DNA of 64,000 nucleotides from Hormiphora californensis (lineage: Eukaryota > Animalia > Ctenophora). The position numbers and the translations under genes are program-made. The notes below the pieces were generated by a model, which worked only from the letters and a program-made list of their open reading frames with translations, made no database searches and was not told the DNA's origin. Every line of letters starts with the position of its first letter. Positions within the stretch are counted from its first letter, which is position 1. Location of the stretch: positions 806,001 to 870,000 of the forward strand of contig CM035350.1 of the NCBI GenBank assembly GCA_020137815.1, given 5' to 3'. Positions 1 through 34,609 of the stretch are shown in pieces.

Positions 1-430
1 GTTTAAAAACGCCTCAAAATGTCCGAAATTTTCGGGGGGGGCTTCGCCCCCTCAACCCCCACCGGGGCTTGCAGCCCCTGGACCCTGCCTGCGGGGGCTC
101 TGCCCCCTACGCCCCCGCCGGGGCTGCGCCCCTGGACCCTGCTTGTGGGGGGTTTCACCCCCCACACCCCCTGACCGAGGCTGCCGCCCCTGGCCCCGGA
201 CACCCAGGGACTTGCTGGGCCGACGGCCCAGCGCCGTCCCTGCATAACCCCAACCCAGGGGTGGTGCATGGCTCTCAGCCAGGGCGTCCTCCCTGGATAC
301 TAAGGGTGTGAGCCGTGAAGCAACATTTTTGAAAGAGTCTGGACTCTGGGGCATTGGCATACGTTGCAGGCCCCTTATAATATAATATAAGGGGCCTGGA
401 GGGAATACCGCGCTAGGGGGGGAATACATA
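1..430. repeat. GC-rich hairpin-bearing repeat (probable non-autonomous DNA transposon fragment, truncated by the window start)
   Basis: Iterated GGGGC(TTC/TGC/TCT)GCCCC mini-hairpins and CCCTGGACCC motifs at 33-240. There is a 13-bp-stem hairpin CAGGCCCCTTATA..TATAAGGGGCCTG at 367-398. The ORFs here are low-complexity G/P/R artefacts. Confidence 0.5.
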
Positions 431-1239
431 ATCAATCATATCTCCGGTTCCAGTTAAGGTACAAAAATCGTTTTGGTAGCGTTGGAAAGAGGAAGATAAC
501 AGCTTTCAAATGCAACCGGTTTCAGGTCTCTATCTTATCAGGAACAGGAGATATGAACCAAACTCCGCAAAATCGAGTGCGGTAAAATAAAAAAATTCGA
601 GATTTTAATTCAAATTTGAAACAAAGTGTCCCTGCAGGGATCTGTGACGTCACTTTTTGAAAACAACCAATCTTTGAACGGCTATTGCTCAGCTTCCTGA
701 AGTCCAATTTACTTCTCTCAAAAACAGCAAGGTAGATAATTGTCAGATCTAACAGCTAGTGAAAGAATCAAGTCAAACGGACTTCAGGGGCCAAAGTTAT
801 AAGCACCGCCGTTTTTTCGCTCGCAAAGTTATCTTCGACCCAGCCGGGCCCGTCCTGAGCTCAGGCCAAACGCGCGCGCGGCATTCCCTTCAGTCCCCTC
901 GTTGCGGGGGTGCGCGCATGAGGGGGCTGCAGCGCATTCCAATCTGGGGCATTTTTTCAAATCTGGCTGAAAAGAAATCTGTCGCTTAACTTGAATTAAC
1001 GGAAAATAGTTAAAAAGCGTCGCTATTAATGTAACACGCGAAATATGTCTGGATACAAATGGTTAAAACGCTGCCAAAACTTCAATTTCTTAAGCCGCGC
1101 GCTGATAAATTTGTTTTCGGTCAGGTGAAATCGCCCAAACTTTTTTTTCTTCTTTGAATCACCATTTTCTCCCTTTGTCGCAATGAAAAGTGTCCTGGAC
1201 ACACAGAACAGTGTTCAGTAGACAGCCTAGCTTCACCAC

Positions 1240-1305
1240 AGCCGCAACCCGAACCCTAGCCGTAAACCTAACTTTACTTTAGGCTTTAGCCCTAACCCTA
1301 AAAGG
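1240..1305. repeat. Degenerate telomere-like (CCCTAA/CCCTAG) tract, probably part of a small Helitron/Helentron-type repeat
   Basis: cgaaccctagccgtaaacctaac...gccctaacccta. A similar tract occurs at 36330-36395. Confidence 0.35.
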
Positions 1306-1437
1306 CCGTGATGTTGACACTCAAAACACGTTTCCCGTTACAATCTGTGTGTTTCAAGGAAAATGTTAAAATATTAATATATATATATATTGGTAGTATT
1401 ATAATCTTTCCACGATTTGAACCAATTTCTTTTAGCG

Positions 1438-1548
1438 ATGAAGGCCAAGGAAGAAGCAAAAACTTCAACAATCTTCATCAGAGGCCTCAACACTGGCACA
1501 GATTCTGACAAGCTCACCGAAACATTTACATCTTTTGGTGGTTTTTAG
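1438..1548 (+). pseudogene. N-terminal half of an RRM domain (isolated exon or gene fragment)
   Basis: tttag|CG ATG gives MKAKEEAKTSTIFIRGLNTGTDSDKLTETFTSFG: RNP2-like TIFIRGL plus helix-1 L..TF..FG. It ends at a possible G|GT donor (1537/1538) or an in-frame TAG (1546). I found no RNP1-bearing exon downstream. Confidence 0.5.
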
Positions 1549-1954
1549 AAATTGTCAGCCCCCATTTGTGAGAGAGAGAGAGAAATAGTAATCCTTCAAA
1601 TAGGAACAATGAAACATTTCATTGTAGCACCGTTTTCAAGGACTGCAGAAGAAGCAAACATAACTAGCTGGGATGTGAGAAGAGAAAAGAAAAAGATAGA
1701 ACAAACAAAACATCAACAGTTTGAAAATAGAGGTCACGGGGAGAGTAAAAGCAATTAGTGAATTGAAAAAGCACAGATCTTTAGAACTAGAACGTAAGGC
1801 ATATTTTACAATGTAACTTTCAGTATTAACATAATTACGATACTTATAAATGGATAGTATATAAGGGACGGTATAACCTAAGTTGTTCAGAGAGAGGCAT
1901 AAGTAGTGTCCGATACCACAAGATTACAAATGATACTCCATTAAGGAACAAACA

Positions 1955-4900
1955 TTGAGAACTTTATTACAGAACGGGGGAAGAAGAAAGTAGTAGGCCT
2001 GGATCCGGGAGGTTAGCGGTTCAATGTCAACATTCACTTCACACTCTTTATATGCACTTTGCAGACACCCTTCCTTTCATATATAAAGACTCCCCAAACG
2101 GCAACAGCTAATTCCACAATTGAAAAGACCGGGACAATGATCTTTGAAAAAGACTCACCCCTCTTCTTCTCTCTCTCTCTCTCAGTCCTCTCTCTTAGGG
2201 AGAAGCCAACAACGAGAACGAAAAAAGATGGACACCCAAATGATATCTGCTTATAACGAGACTAACCAGAAGTCCTTATCTTTACCTCGGAATTAGGACA
2301 GAAAAAATGGGGATCAAGTTGTGTGCCCTCTGTGTGGGATCGATAGAGGGGTGTGATTTGGAGGTGTCTGTCAAGGAGGTGTTCAGTAATGTGTGTCATA
2401 GAGTAAAATTGTTCGGAGCGGTAACAAGTACAGAGAACAAAGACAGACAGCGATAGGAAATGCAGAGGGAGCTCAGCTGGAGAGAGAGAGAGAGAGAGAG
2501 GGGAGAGAAGACAAACAGACACTTGCTAGTGTGGAAGTGTCTTAGATAGTGTCTTAGAAGAATAACTCGTCATCGTCATTCGTGACCCACATAATGACGG
2601 TGTCGGATATGTAGAGGAGATTAAAACTAAATAATAGATCCAGTAGGATTCTAAATACATTGATACATTTCACGATACATGATCGAAGAATTGCATGAGT
2701 AAGTCAATTCTAAAAGTATACACATCGCTTTCCTGTTCCAAAGAGTATACGGTCGACTAGGATTAATAACTACCGGTAAACACCAGATTGAGCTAAGACT
2801 GGAGTCGCCGTTGTATTGGCCATCTCGTAGATGCTTTTGATGTTTACTTAGCGAAGATTCGCCACATAATACCTCTCAAATATCAAAAATATACAATAAA
2901 CTATCTATTTCTTGGCTCTTCATTTACAATCATTGCTAATTTTGAACTCTCCACTCCCATTATCTTTTCTCCTAAATTCATAACAGCGTAGGCCATAGAA
3001 CTATGGATGGAATGAAGATGGAGAATCATACTGGTTTTAATTTGGAAGAGAGAAATATAAATTGGAGAGACTGTTCATTAGTACTGCAAGCAATGAACAA
3101 CTGCTACTACTGAGGAGTCAGTACTGTTAAAAGTAGAGCACGCCGGCAGCACAGGGACCCACGCGGAACAGTTTTTTGAGCCCACCGAAATTGCACGCGC
3201 AAATCAATGTCCGCGCGCACCAGTTGTAAGAGTTTTCAATCTTTTACCATGCGCGAGTTCTGGGAAATCTCTGTGAAATACTTTCGCGCATTTTCTCTCA
3301 CAGAGTGTCCCAGTGTGTACCGAATCTTTATGGGGGTGTGAGCACCCGAATACACTCTGATCTGTTTAGTGTGTTCCAACATTTGCCTGAATTTTTAGTA
3401 TCAAGTTCCAAATAAATACACAGTTAATTCAACATACTCGTGCAGAAATTCCCATTTCGTGGGTCCTCCTTTTATAATTGTATGTAACGCTAGCTTCTCC
3501 CGTTCTCTCCACTTTACACACCTCAACTTGGCACAGAGATGGATTATAACGTGATTATTTAGCAATGATAATGTACTCCTCGTGTGTGTGAATGTGATGA
3601 TTACGTTTCTGAAAGGGGATCATCACAACTACAATTGACGTTTCATCTCACTGATTCTCTATTTATGTTACATGAGGAGGTAACGAGTTACTTGACAACA
3701 ATAAAGCATGATTTGGATTTATAGTTGCGGATTCGAACGTGTAAGTGCAAACCCACGGCTGTTCTAACTCACCTCTCCTCTCCCCAGATGCTCCGCGATT
3801 GCATGGGGTAGATGTGCCTGGCTGAAGATGTGATTTGCGGTTAGGGTGCCTTGAGTCTGATGAGGAATCAAAACACACCCAGTTCGAAGAGTAAACTCTT
3901 TAACCACCTTGATACAAGAGTGTCTGTGACGATAAACTTCAAAAAAAATGGTTAGGTAATAGAGAGCTGTGTAGGTTATCTGTTAGTTTTTTTGGAGTTA
4001 GTTATTTTTGTGTTTACTACATGAGAAAGTAAGTAGAGTTTATTGGCAAAAAATTAGCCTTTGGGTTGTATGGTTTTTGCTATGATTCTCCCTGTGTGTA
4101 GGTAACACCACGGCCCACCACTGTTCTAAACTCACCACCTCCCCCCCCCCCGTGCTCCCCCCCCCCAGGGACCCCCCCCCCCCCCCTCCCCCCCCCCCCC
4201 CTTGCCCATATGTGTACAGTTACGTACCCCGCAGGGTCAGTGTGGTGGTAGAGAATTACAAAGATGATAGAAACTCACAATGGCTGGGATATACCATGGG
4301 GGAAGAGATTTGTTGGCCTGAGCTGAAGCAGGAGATTAGATGGATGAGTGATTCTTATTGACGGGGACAGGAGGTCCAAACACCACCACCCAAGTTAATT
4401 ATGGGACCCCTTTCTGAGGGACTTACAAATGGTAGGGTAATAAGTAGTGGTGCCTTGTTGAGGTTTTATTAAATCTAAGTAAAGGATGAGTCACGTGACG
4501 TCGAAGGGGGGAGTGGAGAGAGGAAGAAGTCTGGTAGGAGGTGGAGGCGAGTAGGAGAGAGAAGATGCTGAGAGAGCAGGAGAGAGAGAGAGAGTGAGAG
4601 AGGGAAGAGAGAGAGCGAGGGTAGCGACGAGAGCAGGAAGAGAGCAAGAGGAGATAGGGAGAGTGAGAGACGCGAGTAGAGAGGAGACCGAGCGCGGATA
4701 GGAGAGAAGAGGAGAGATGAGCGTAGGACGGACAGAAGATAGCGAAGTAGAAGAGCTAGAAAGCATCGAGATAGGCAGTATCGGAGACGTATTGAAAGAG
4801 CTTTCTCCCTCTCTTCCTTTCTGTCTTCTCTCTCTCTCTTCTCGCTGCTCTATTCTTCTCTCGCCATCTATCGTCTCGCTGCTCTCCTGAGGCTTTCTCT

Positions 4901-4985
4901 CGCACTTACCCTTCTTTTCAGGTAACAGTAGGATATAGCTCCTTGAAGTGAAACCGCCATGATTAGGGTTGTCAGTAGAGAACTT
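1955..4985 (-). other. Candidate spliced minus-strand transcript (orphan protein or lncRNA)
   Basis: A series of paired minus-strand acceptors (ctaac..Yn..AG) and donors (GTAAGT/GTGAGT) defines putative exons at about 4982-4909, 4474-4427, 4321-4278, 3923-3773, 2476-2286 and 2247-2159, plus a last exon from about 1998 with AATAAA near 1964. I could not fix a convincing continuous reading frame or domain. Confidence 0.3.
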
Positions 4986-6397
4986 ATACATTATGTTACA
5001 AGATCGTCGGACCAATTCAAGGGACACATGCGTTATTACCGGGGTGGGTGTGTTTCAAACTTTTGTGTCTGTTGCACCTGTAGTGAGAAAATGAGTTCGT
5101 CCCGAGTGCCTAAAATGTTTCTTGTTACCCGGATATATAAGTAATCGATTTGCTTTCTGTGAAAGAGTTTTAAACACATATTTCAGAGCTGTGTGTAACT
5201 TATTAGTAATCCTACTTATTACAAAAATTAAACCCCATGTTTTATTTGTTTCCGGGCTGTGATAGGGTTTTATTCTGGCCGTGTGAAATTAGGCCAGGGT
5301 GGTGGAAGATGGGGAAAAGTCTCCGCGATTTCCCGTTGAATTTTAATTAAAATTTCAAACATGACAAATCCTGTGTTAAACGGCTCGTTGCCAGTAGCAC
5401 TACAAGCTCGAATGGTTACTCAATTTAATTCAATTATTCTGTGCCCAATCACAATATCTTCGGTGGGAAACTACTGGGATTGTCTCACCTCCACACTGAG
5501 TCCTGAGAGCTCTCAAATGGGGAAGTTAAAGCCCTCCGCACAAACAATAGATGGATTATGACCGCGCGAGCTGTAAAACGTGAGTACAAACGTAAGTATT
5601 GTAAGCCACCTCGTTAGAAACGTTTTCTCCACGGCATGTTCCCGCGAAACTCAGGGGGTTCACCCTCCCCACAATCACCATTTCCAATTAGAGAAACTGG
5701 GATAGGCAGTAATTTTTGAGTCATAAGATTTTTTTGGAGTTAAAGGGGGACTTCCAACGCTTCTTTCAGTAGGGCTGATGATACGCTACTCGATAGGCTG
5801 TTGCTTTATTTTCCACAATGGTCAAAATCACTATTGTTGATCGTGGGCTTAAATAAGCACATTTACGCCTACCCAATCAAGCTGCATACAACCTACAACA
5901 ATTCCCTAACAGTCAAAAAAAACTTGGGGTTTCAAAGGTTTCTGGTTTTCCTGAAAAAGGCAAAAAACGACAGGTCATCGACCGCGCAAATGTCAGTCGC
6001 GCAAACCGTTTGTCCCAAATCGCGCGTTTGGGTCCACTGTGCGCAGGGACAAAGTGGACTGAGAGCTGAGGCCTGAGTCCAGCGAAATAATTATGAAGAA
6101 GGAATGAAATTATGACGATAGTGAAAGATTGACAAAGTAAGGATAGAGGAGGGCGTGATGGTTGTATAGAGTAATCGTTAGCTGCTTAGCACGGACTATT
6201 ATCTCCCAGCTAGCTTACGGAGCGATGTATAAGAGCTTTCCCTCTATAGTTAGAGTCTAACTCTCTAAATCTCCTCAACTCCTCTCTCCTTCTCGCCGAG
6301 TCCGGTAGTGGATAGGAACCGTTCGACCAGAAAACACAAATCAGGAGAGAGAGTGAGAAAAGTGTGGTCATCACTCGGCAGGATAACCAGACGAATC

Positions 6398-6878
6398 ATG
6401 TTAGAGATCCTTATAAACAGGTTACAAACACATTGCATATTGCATGCAGCCAATGATAACAACTATCCTTCTCTCTCTTTCTCTCTCTTTCTCTCTCTCC
6501 CTCCCATTGTGGAACATAGTGCGAGGTCAGGCAACAAAAACAGCATTGTTGGCTAGAGCCGCTCAAAGAGTGATATAGGGACCTGTATTTGTTTGTACAG
6601 ACAGCATGCTCTTTTGACACCACCTTGTGATTCTTGTATAAAAGAGGGACAACAACAACAGAGGGATGTGTTGTGTACCCTCTAAAACCATCCCACCATG
6701 GAACAACAACAACAACACTCCACCCACCAGACCTCGTGTACACACCAGGCTAGACAGTAGGGGGACCCACACAGGAGCAGAGAGCACATCCTCTATATCA
6801 CTCCGTGCCACACTGTCAAGCTACACAGAGGCAGGATTTGAAACGATATCTACCAGTCACAGATTGGAGCCATTATAG
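6398..6878 (+). CDS. Possible small two-exon orphan ORF (MLEILINR|PRVHTRLDSRG...HRLEPL*)
   Basis: ATG..AAACAG|gttaca donor (6420) is phase-compatible with the acceptor cccaccag|ACCTCG (6730). No homology recognised. Confidence 0.2.
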
Positions 6879-7359
6879 CTAGGATCCTGTCTGATTGATG
6901 GCAGGGTGGCATGATGATCCTAGGTATAAGTGGTGGTTCACAAAACAGCTACATGTGTCGTGTCTGCTTGTGAGCAGCTGGTGTCAGGCAGATTAGTGAG
7001 TCTGTACTCTGTATCATTATCTGCATTATCATTATGTGATAATGTGACACATAATATGTGACATGCATGAATTAACACATCCTGGCGATATTGTATCACT
7101 TTATAATGTTAGCTACTAGATGACAGCGCTGACAAGCATATTACACCCAAACAACAGGTGTTAAAGAAAAAAAGAGGAAAGGAGATGACAATTATAGTGT
7201 TTTTACAGAGATCCCAATCCTTCTGTTTTCTCTTCGCATCTCTTTTTAGGTTTCCCCTTGTCGTATAGTAACGTCCGAAAATAAGTAGGAAATATACGAA
7301 CACGTAGGGTTTTTCATAATTTTTCCCAGAGAAAATGCTCCATCGCATTGCAACCCCGA

Positions 7360-8630
7360 CCCTTTGTGGGGGAAAAAGGGGAGGAGGATGGATAGAGAGG
7401 GGGAGCCTTTCTACCCCAAATACACGCACCTCCATGTACATGGACGCTCCCCGTCCTTGGGATACACAATTGTAGATGCTTGTGTGTGTGAAGAGAAGGG
7501 GAGAGGAGGAGGAGGGGGAGGGGGGAGTAGGGGGGGGAGAAAGGGAAAAAGAGGAGAGGGAGACCGGGGAGAGAGAGAAGAGAGGGGGAAGAGAGAAAGG
7601 GGGGGAGGGGAGAAAGGAGGAGGAAGAGGAAAAAAGGGGGAGAAAGAAAAGGAAAAAGGGGAAAGAGAGGAGGGAAGGAGTAAAGGAGGGGGCCAAAAAA
7701 AAAGGGGTAAGGGGGCAGGGGGAAATGAGAGAGGAGGGAAAAAGGAAAAGAATAGGGAAACAAGGGAAAAGAAGGGGGCCCGTTTTTGGGGGAAAACCCC
7801 CCTTTTTAAAGGCAGGTTTTTTTTTGGGGCCCCCCGGAGTTTGTAAAAACCCAGCCGTGGGGGAGTGGAAATTTCGTTGGATAGAAATTTTGGGCTACAG
7901 GAGAGGAGAATTTTAAGAACGGGAGGAGGGGGGAAAGGGGGGTTTTTTGGAGGGCCGGGGAGGAGAGGTTTGAAGAGGGTGGAAAGGAATTTTTTAAAAA
8001 TGGAGGGGGAAAAGGAGAGATGGTTTTCCCCCGAAAAAACGAAAAGATTTGGGGGGAAAGGGGGAAATTGGGGGGGGGGGTTTTTTGTAGAAAAAGTAAC
8101 TGGGGAAAAAACCACCTTTTGGGAAAAACAAGGGTTTTTTTGAACCAAGAGGGGGGAGGGTATTAAATCGGGGCCTAGTGGCAAGAGCTTTTGGGGGCCC
8201 CCGGAGGATGGGGTTAAAAAAAGGGGAAGAGGGGGGGGGGGAAAGGGAAGGGGGGGGGAGAGGAAGGGAGAGAAGGAAGAAATGAGGAGGGGGAGAAGGA
8301 GAAAGGGGAAGGGAGAGGGGAAGGGGAAAGGAAAAAGGGGGGAAAAAGGGGGGGGGAGAGGGGGGAGGAGAGGGGGGGGGGGGAGAGGGGGGAGAGAAGG
8401 AAGAGAGGAGGGAGAGAGGGAGAGAGAGAGAGAAGAAAAAGGAGAGGGGGGAAAAAGGGGGAGGGAGAAAAGAGGGAGAGAAGGGGGGAAAAAGGGAGAG
8501 AGAGGAGGGAGAGAGAGGGGGGAAGGGAGAAAAAAAAAAAAGCCCATTGTTTCCAAAAAAAAATTAAAAAAACACTGAAATTTTGCCCCGCCCTTTTCTT
8601 TTCCCCCCCAGTTTGCCAAAAAAAAATGGC
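7360..8630. repeat. Purine-rich low-complexity tract, probably garbled (GA)n or foldback sequence with homopolymer inflation
   Basis: Runs of G, A and T without periodicity. Short inverted remnants flank it (cgaaaataag at about 7276, cttattttcg at about 8667). Confidence 0.6.
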
Positions 8631-8977
8631 CATTATCTTTTGTCAATGCCGAGATTTTGAAACTCCTTATTTTCGACATATTAGGGCTGGAACAGTGTAA
8701 CTAGTTTAATAACAATAGCTATTTGGATCGGGGAGGCTCACCTATTGGACATTCACTATTCAGTAAAGCACGCAGGGTGTCACATCACTGGGTGACGTAT
8801 CAGTAATAATTATGTAAGCGGTAGATTACTAATAAATATGAAACCAATTTGCAGAAACAGACACCACACATGTAGATCCTGAGTGTGTGCGACACCGGGT
8901 TTTCCCTTACGGCATTTAGTGATTGTAATTACTGCAAGTCGTATCTCCTAATGCACGTATTTTGTCTTTTTGCCATG

Positions 8978-9083
<106 letters not shown>

Positions 9084-9582
9084 ATCTATATCGTTATTTT
9101 CTAGAGAATCTATCTTTAATCGCTAAATTTGTTCCGCCACTACCGAAGATAGAATCGGAGTTGATACTGTAAATTGATTGCCTTGTGAGCCGCCTGTGTA
9201 TAGTGCAGCGGGGTGATCAGATTGGCAATTTAATAATGAGATAAGGACTAGGTCTAATGGGATGAGTACTGTCGGGAGGGGGATGCTAATGGGATGACCT
9301 GGAATGTACTCAGAAGGCTTGTTTGTTACAGAGAGGTTTAGAGAAAAAAGGAGAGAGATAGAGCGAGAGAGATAGAGGGAGAGAGGCGTCTATAAGAGAG
9401 AGTAGTAAGGGATAAAAGACATACATTAGTTGAATCTCTGTTTCTCTGTTCGTTATGGCACTACTGCAGTGGCACTGCACTACACACACACCCTCTGTGT
9501 GTGTGTGTAATTACATTGCGTACACTACAATTTTGTAACCCTATCTCTCTCCCACCCTGATCCCGTAGCAGCTTTTCTCAAA

Positions 9583-9795
9583 ATGATTGTTGAGTTGCTC
9601 ATTCCCCTCGCCCTCGTGTGTGCCCTTGCTGCCTGTATATTCAAGCGACCAGGAGGCTTCAGGAGAGCTACACTACAGGTAAGAGATGTTTGAGGTTAGC
9701 TAATACCATGTTATTTAGGGCCTAGCTTTGATTCCACTATAATCAATAATCATAAACTGCTTAATTCCGGCGGGTGTTTTAACCTGCATCTGTCA

Positions 9796-9839
<44 letters not shown>

Positions 9840-11559
9840 GATATTAGGATTCAAGATGATCCTAATAATGTCACATGTCCTATAATGACCTCCCCCCTAA
9901 TGACAACATGATAAGAGACATATGTCATCTTGTTGTTATGATATTGATAACAGCTGCACATGTTTTAACATGGCTGATATGGCTTCACACAGGTGTCATA
10001 CTGCACTAGACAGCACACCATATAATGTGACACCTAGGCGCGAGAAAACAATTTTGCTGTAATGGGTTTAGTTCTATGGTTCCATTTTAAACGGGGAAAA
10101 TACGAATAATTGGGGGGGGGATAATCACCTACTATCTGAGATAACTTAGGAACTAACTACTATCTCTCTTGCAGAAACGTCTAGAGAATGTGGTACAGAA
10201 AGACCCAAGTAGGGGTAACAAGAGTGGTCAGATTGACTTTCCAAAGGGAGTCCTATGTGCGGAGCAGCTAAAATTCATCAAATCGTAAGTAAGATTGAAG
10301 CAGAGAGTGTACATTTTTAGAACAGAAACACAGACAGATAGGTATATCAGTACTTATATGAGAGGGATAACAAGACAAAGAGACACAGTCGGACAGACAT
10401 ATAGAGGGTGTCAGATGAGGGATTTCCTACTCACCTGTCCCTTCACAGAGACTCAGCAAGTAGTAGTATGGTGCTAGATATGCCACGGAGGAACTTCAAC
10501 TCCCCAGCCCTGACACGTCCCCCAGTCTGTAATAGCCTACCCCCTCATCCGATAGCTGGGCCACCTGAGACGAAAAAGGTATTTATAAACATATCCTCCA
10601 TCATTATGCATCAGACATCACGTCCTGCTGTCTGTTTAGTGTGCCCTGGCAGGCCAGTGTGGTTCAAATTGTCAGTTGTCAAGAAATCTCGTCAAATTTT
10701 CCCACGCCTTGCTAAAAGTGTGGGAAAACGCGCACCACCACTGCTGACAACACCCATCCGTCCGTGCGGAAAGTTGCTGCGCGTGACGCCGCTAACTCTT
10801 AGAACTCTCACTCTCTTATCTCTGTTAGTGTTACACACTTACACACAGGCAACACACCCACAAAATAGCGTCGTCCCCTCCCCTACACACAAACACCGCG
10901 GATCACCTCTCTGGTCGGTGACTTTCTAACAATTTCCCTAATTCTCCCAGAGAAACTCAATACTGAGAAGTACAGCAACGAGTCCAGGCAGCCAGCCCAG
11001 AAAGACATCATCAGTGGCTATCTGCATGAATGGAGCTGTAACGTTTAGTAACAATAATCACAGTGCGGGGGAGGATCACCACCAGATTATTCAGGAGTCA
11101 GATGAGCAGGAGAATGGCAGTCAGACTAGCTGGACAGAACCAGCAACTACAGTTTTAAAGGTAGGGACAGCGGTCAACAGTACCCGAACGGTACAGAACA
11201 GTCCAGCGAGTCTCTCCCATAGTTATTATAAAAGTAGCTGATAACAGTAGCTGTCTGATGTCGTTTGTTTAGTTCTGTGAGTGTTTTTCGGTAGTTCTGA
11301 GTGTCTTATGTTTGTTTCATACAACTCCCTATTACCTGTCCAGGAAGATATAGGAGAGAAAAGGAAGGTATCCCCTGCAGACAGTGGAATGTACAGTACT
11401 AGTTCATGGTGCCCAGGAGGAGCTGAGTCATCCCTCCTCCCTCCAACAGCAGGTCCCTATAATAGTACTGGGGCTGATCTGGCGGATCACAGCGCAGTAA
11501 CAGAGGAACAACAGTTGAGCGATCATAGTACTACGGCTGAGGAGGAGGGGGCTGATTGA
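9583..11559 (+). CDS. Orphan N-terminally membrane-anchored protein with a disordered Ser/Thr/Glu-rich tail (about 4 exons)
   Basis: Exon1 9583-9678 MIVELLIPLALVCALAACIFKRPGGFRRATLQ|gtaag. Exon2 10175-10284 KRLENVVQKDPSRG..LKFIK|gtaagt. Exon3 about 10951/3-11160 ..VAICMNGAVTF..TTVLK|gtagg. Exon4 11344-11559 EDIGEKRKVSPADSGMYSTSS..EEEGAD*. The exon2/3 phase needs the acceptor at 10952 or an error correction. Confidence 0.55.
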
Positions 11560-11955
11560 GAGGGGGCAGAGGGACATGTTGTTGGTAAAGATTTGAAGGG
11601 GGAGAGGGAAATAGTATTGGTGAAGATATGAATGGGTGGAGGTCACATTAAGACACGGAGAATCTAAGATAAAAGAAAACAATGAATATGTTGTACAAAT
11701 CATATGTTTAATATCTCATGTTCTTCTTCTTCACGTGATGATTTCTATAGATCTGTCTTATAGCTACAAAATAAAAACTCTCTCTAAAGTTCTCTCTCTC
11801 GATATCTAATCTTCTCTCTCTTGTTCTATTGATGTCTATAAAAAAGGGGGCGGGTGTTCCTCATTGTCACGGGGTGTCACGGTGTTTAATAAATAGCGTC
11901 TCTCTCGCTAGCACAATCTACACGATGGACCAACTAGTCCGGTCCGAAGCTACTA

Positions 11956-34609
<22,654 letters not shown>

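Noticed and set aside
480-555. Hammerhead-like CTGATAA...GAAACCGGTT on the minus strand
   Set aside because: The core is mutated and no stem II can form. The context (GAAAG...CTTTC palindrome) fits an internal motif of a non-autonomous repeat.
7109-8679. Long P/F/L/S- or G/E/K/R-rich ORFs (up to 422 aa)
   Set aside because: They are translations of purine-rich low-complexity, probably error-laden sequence.
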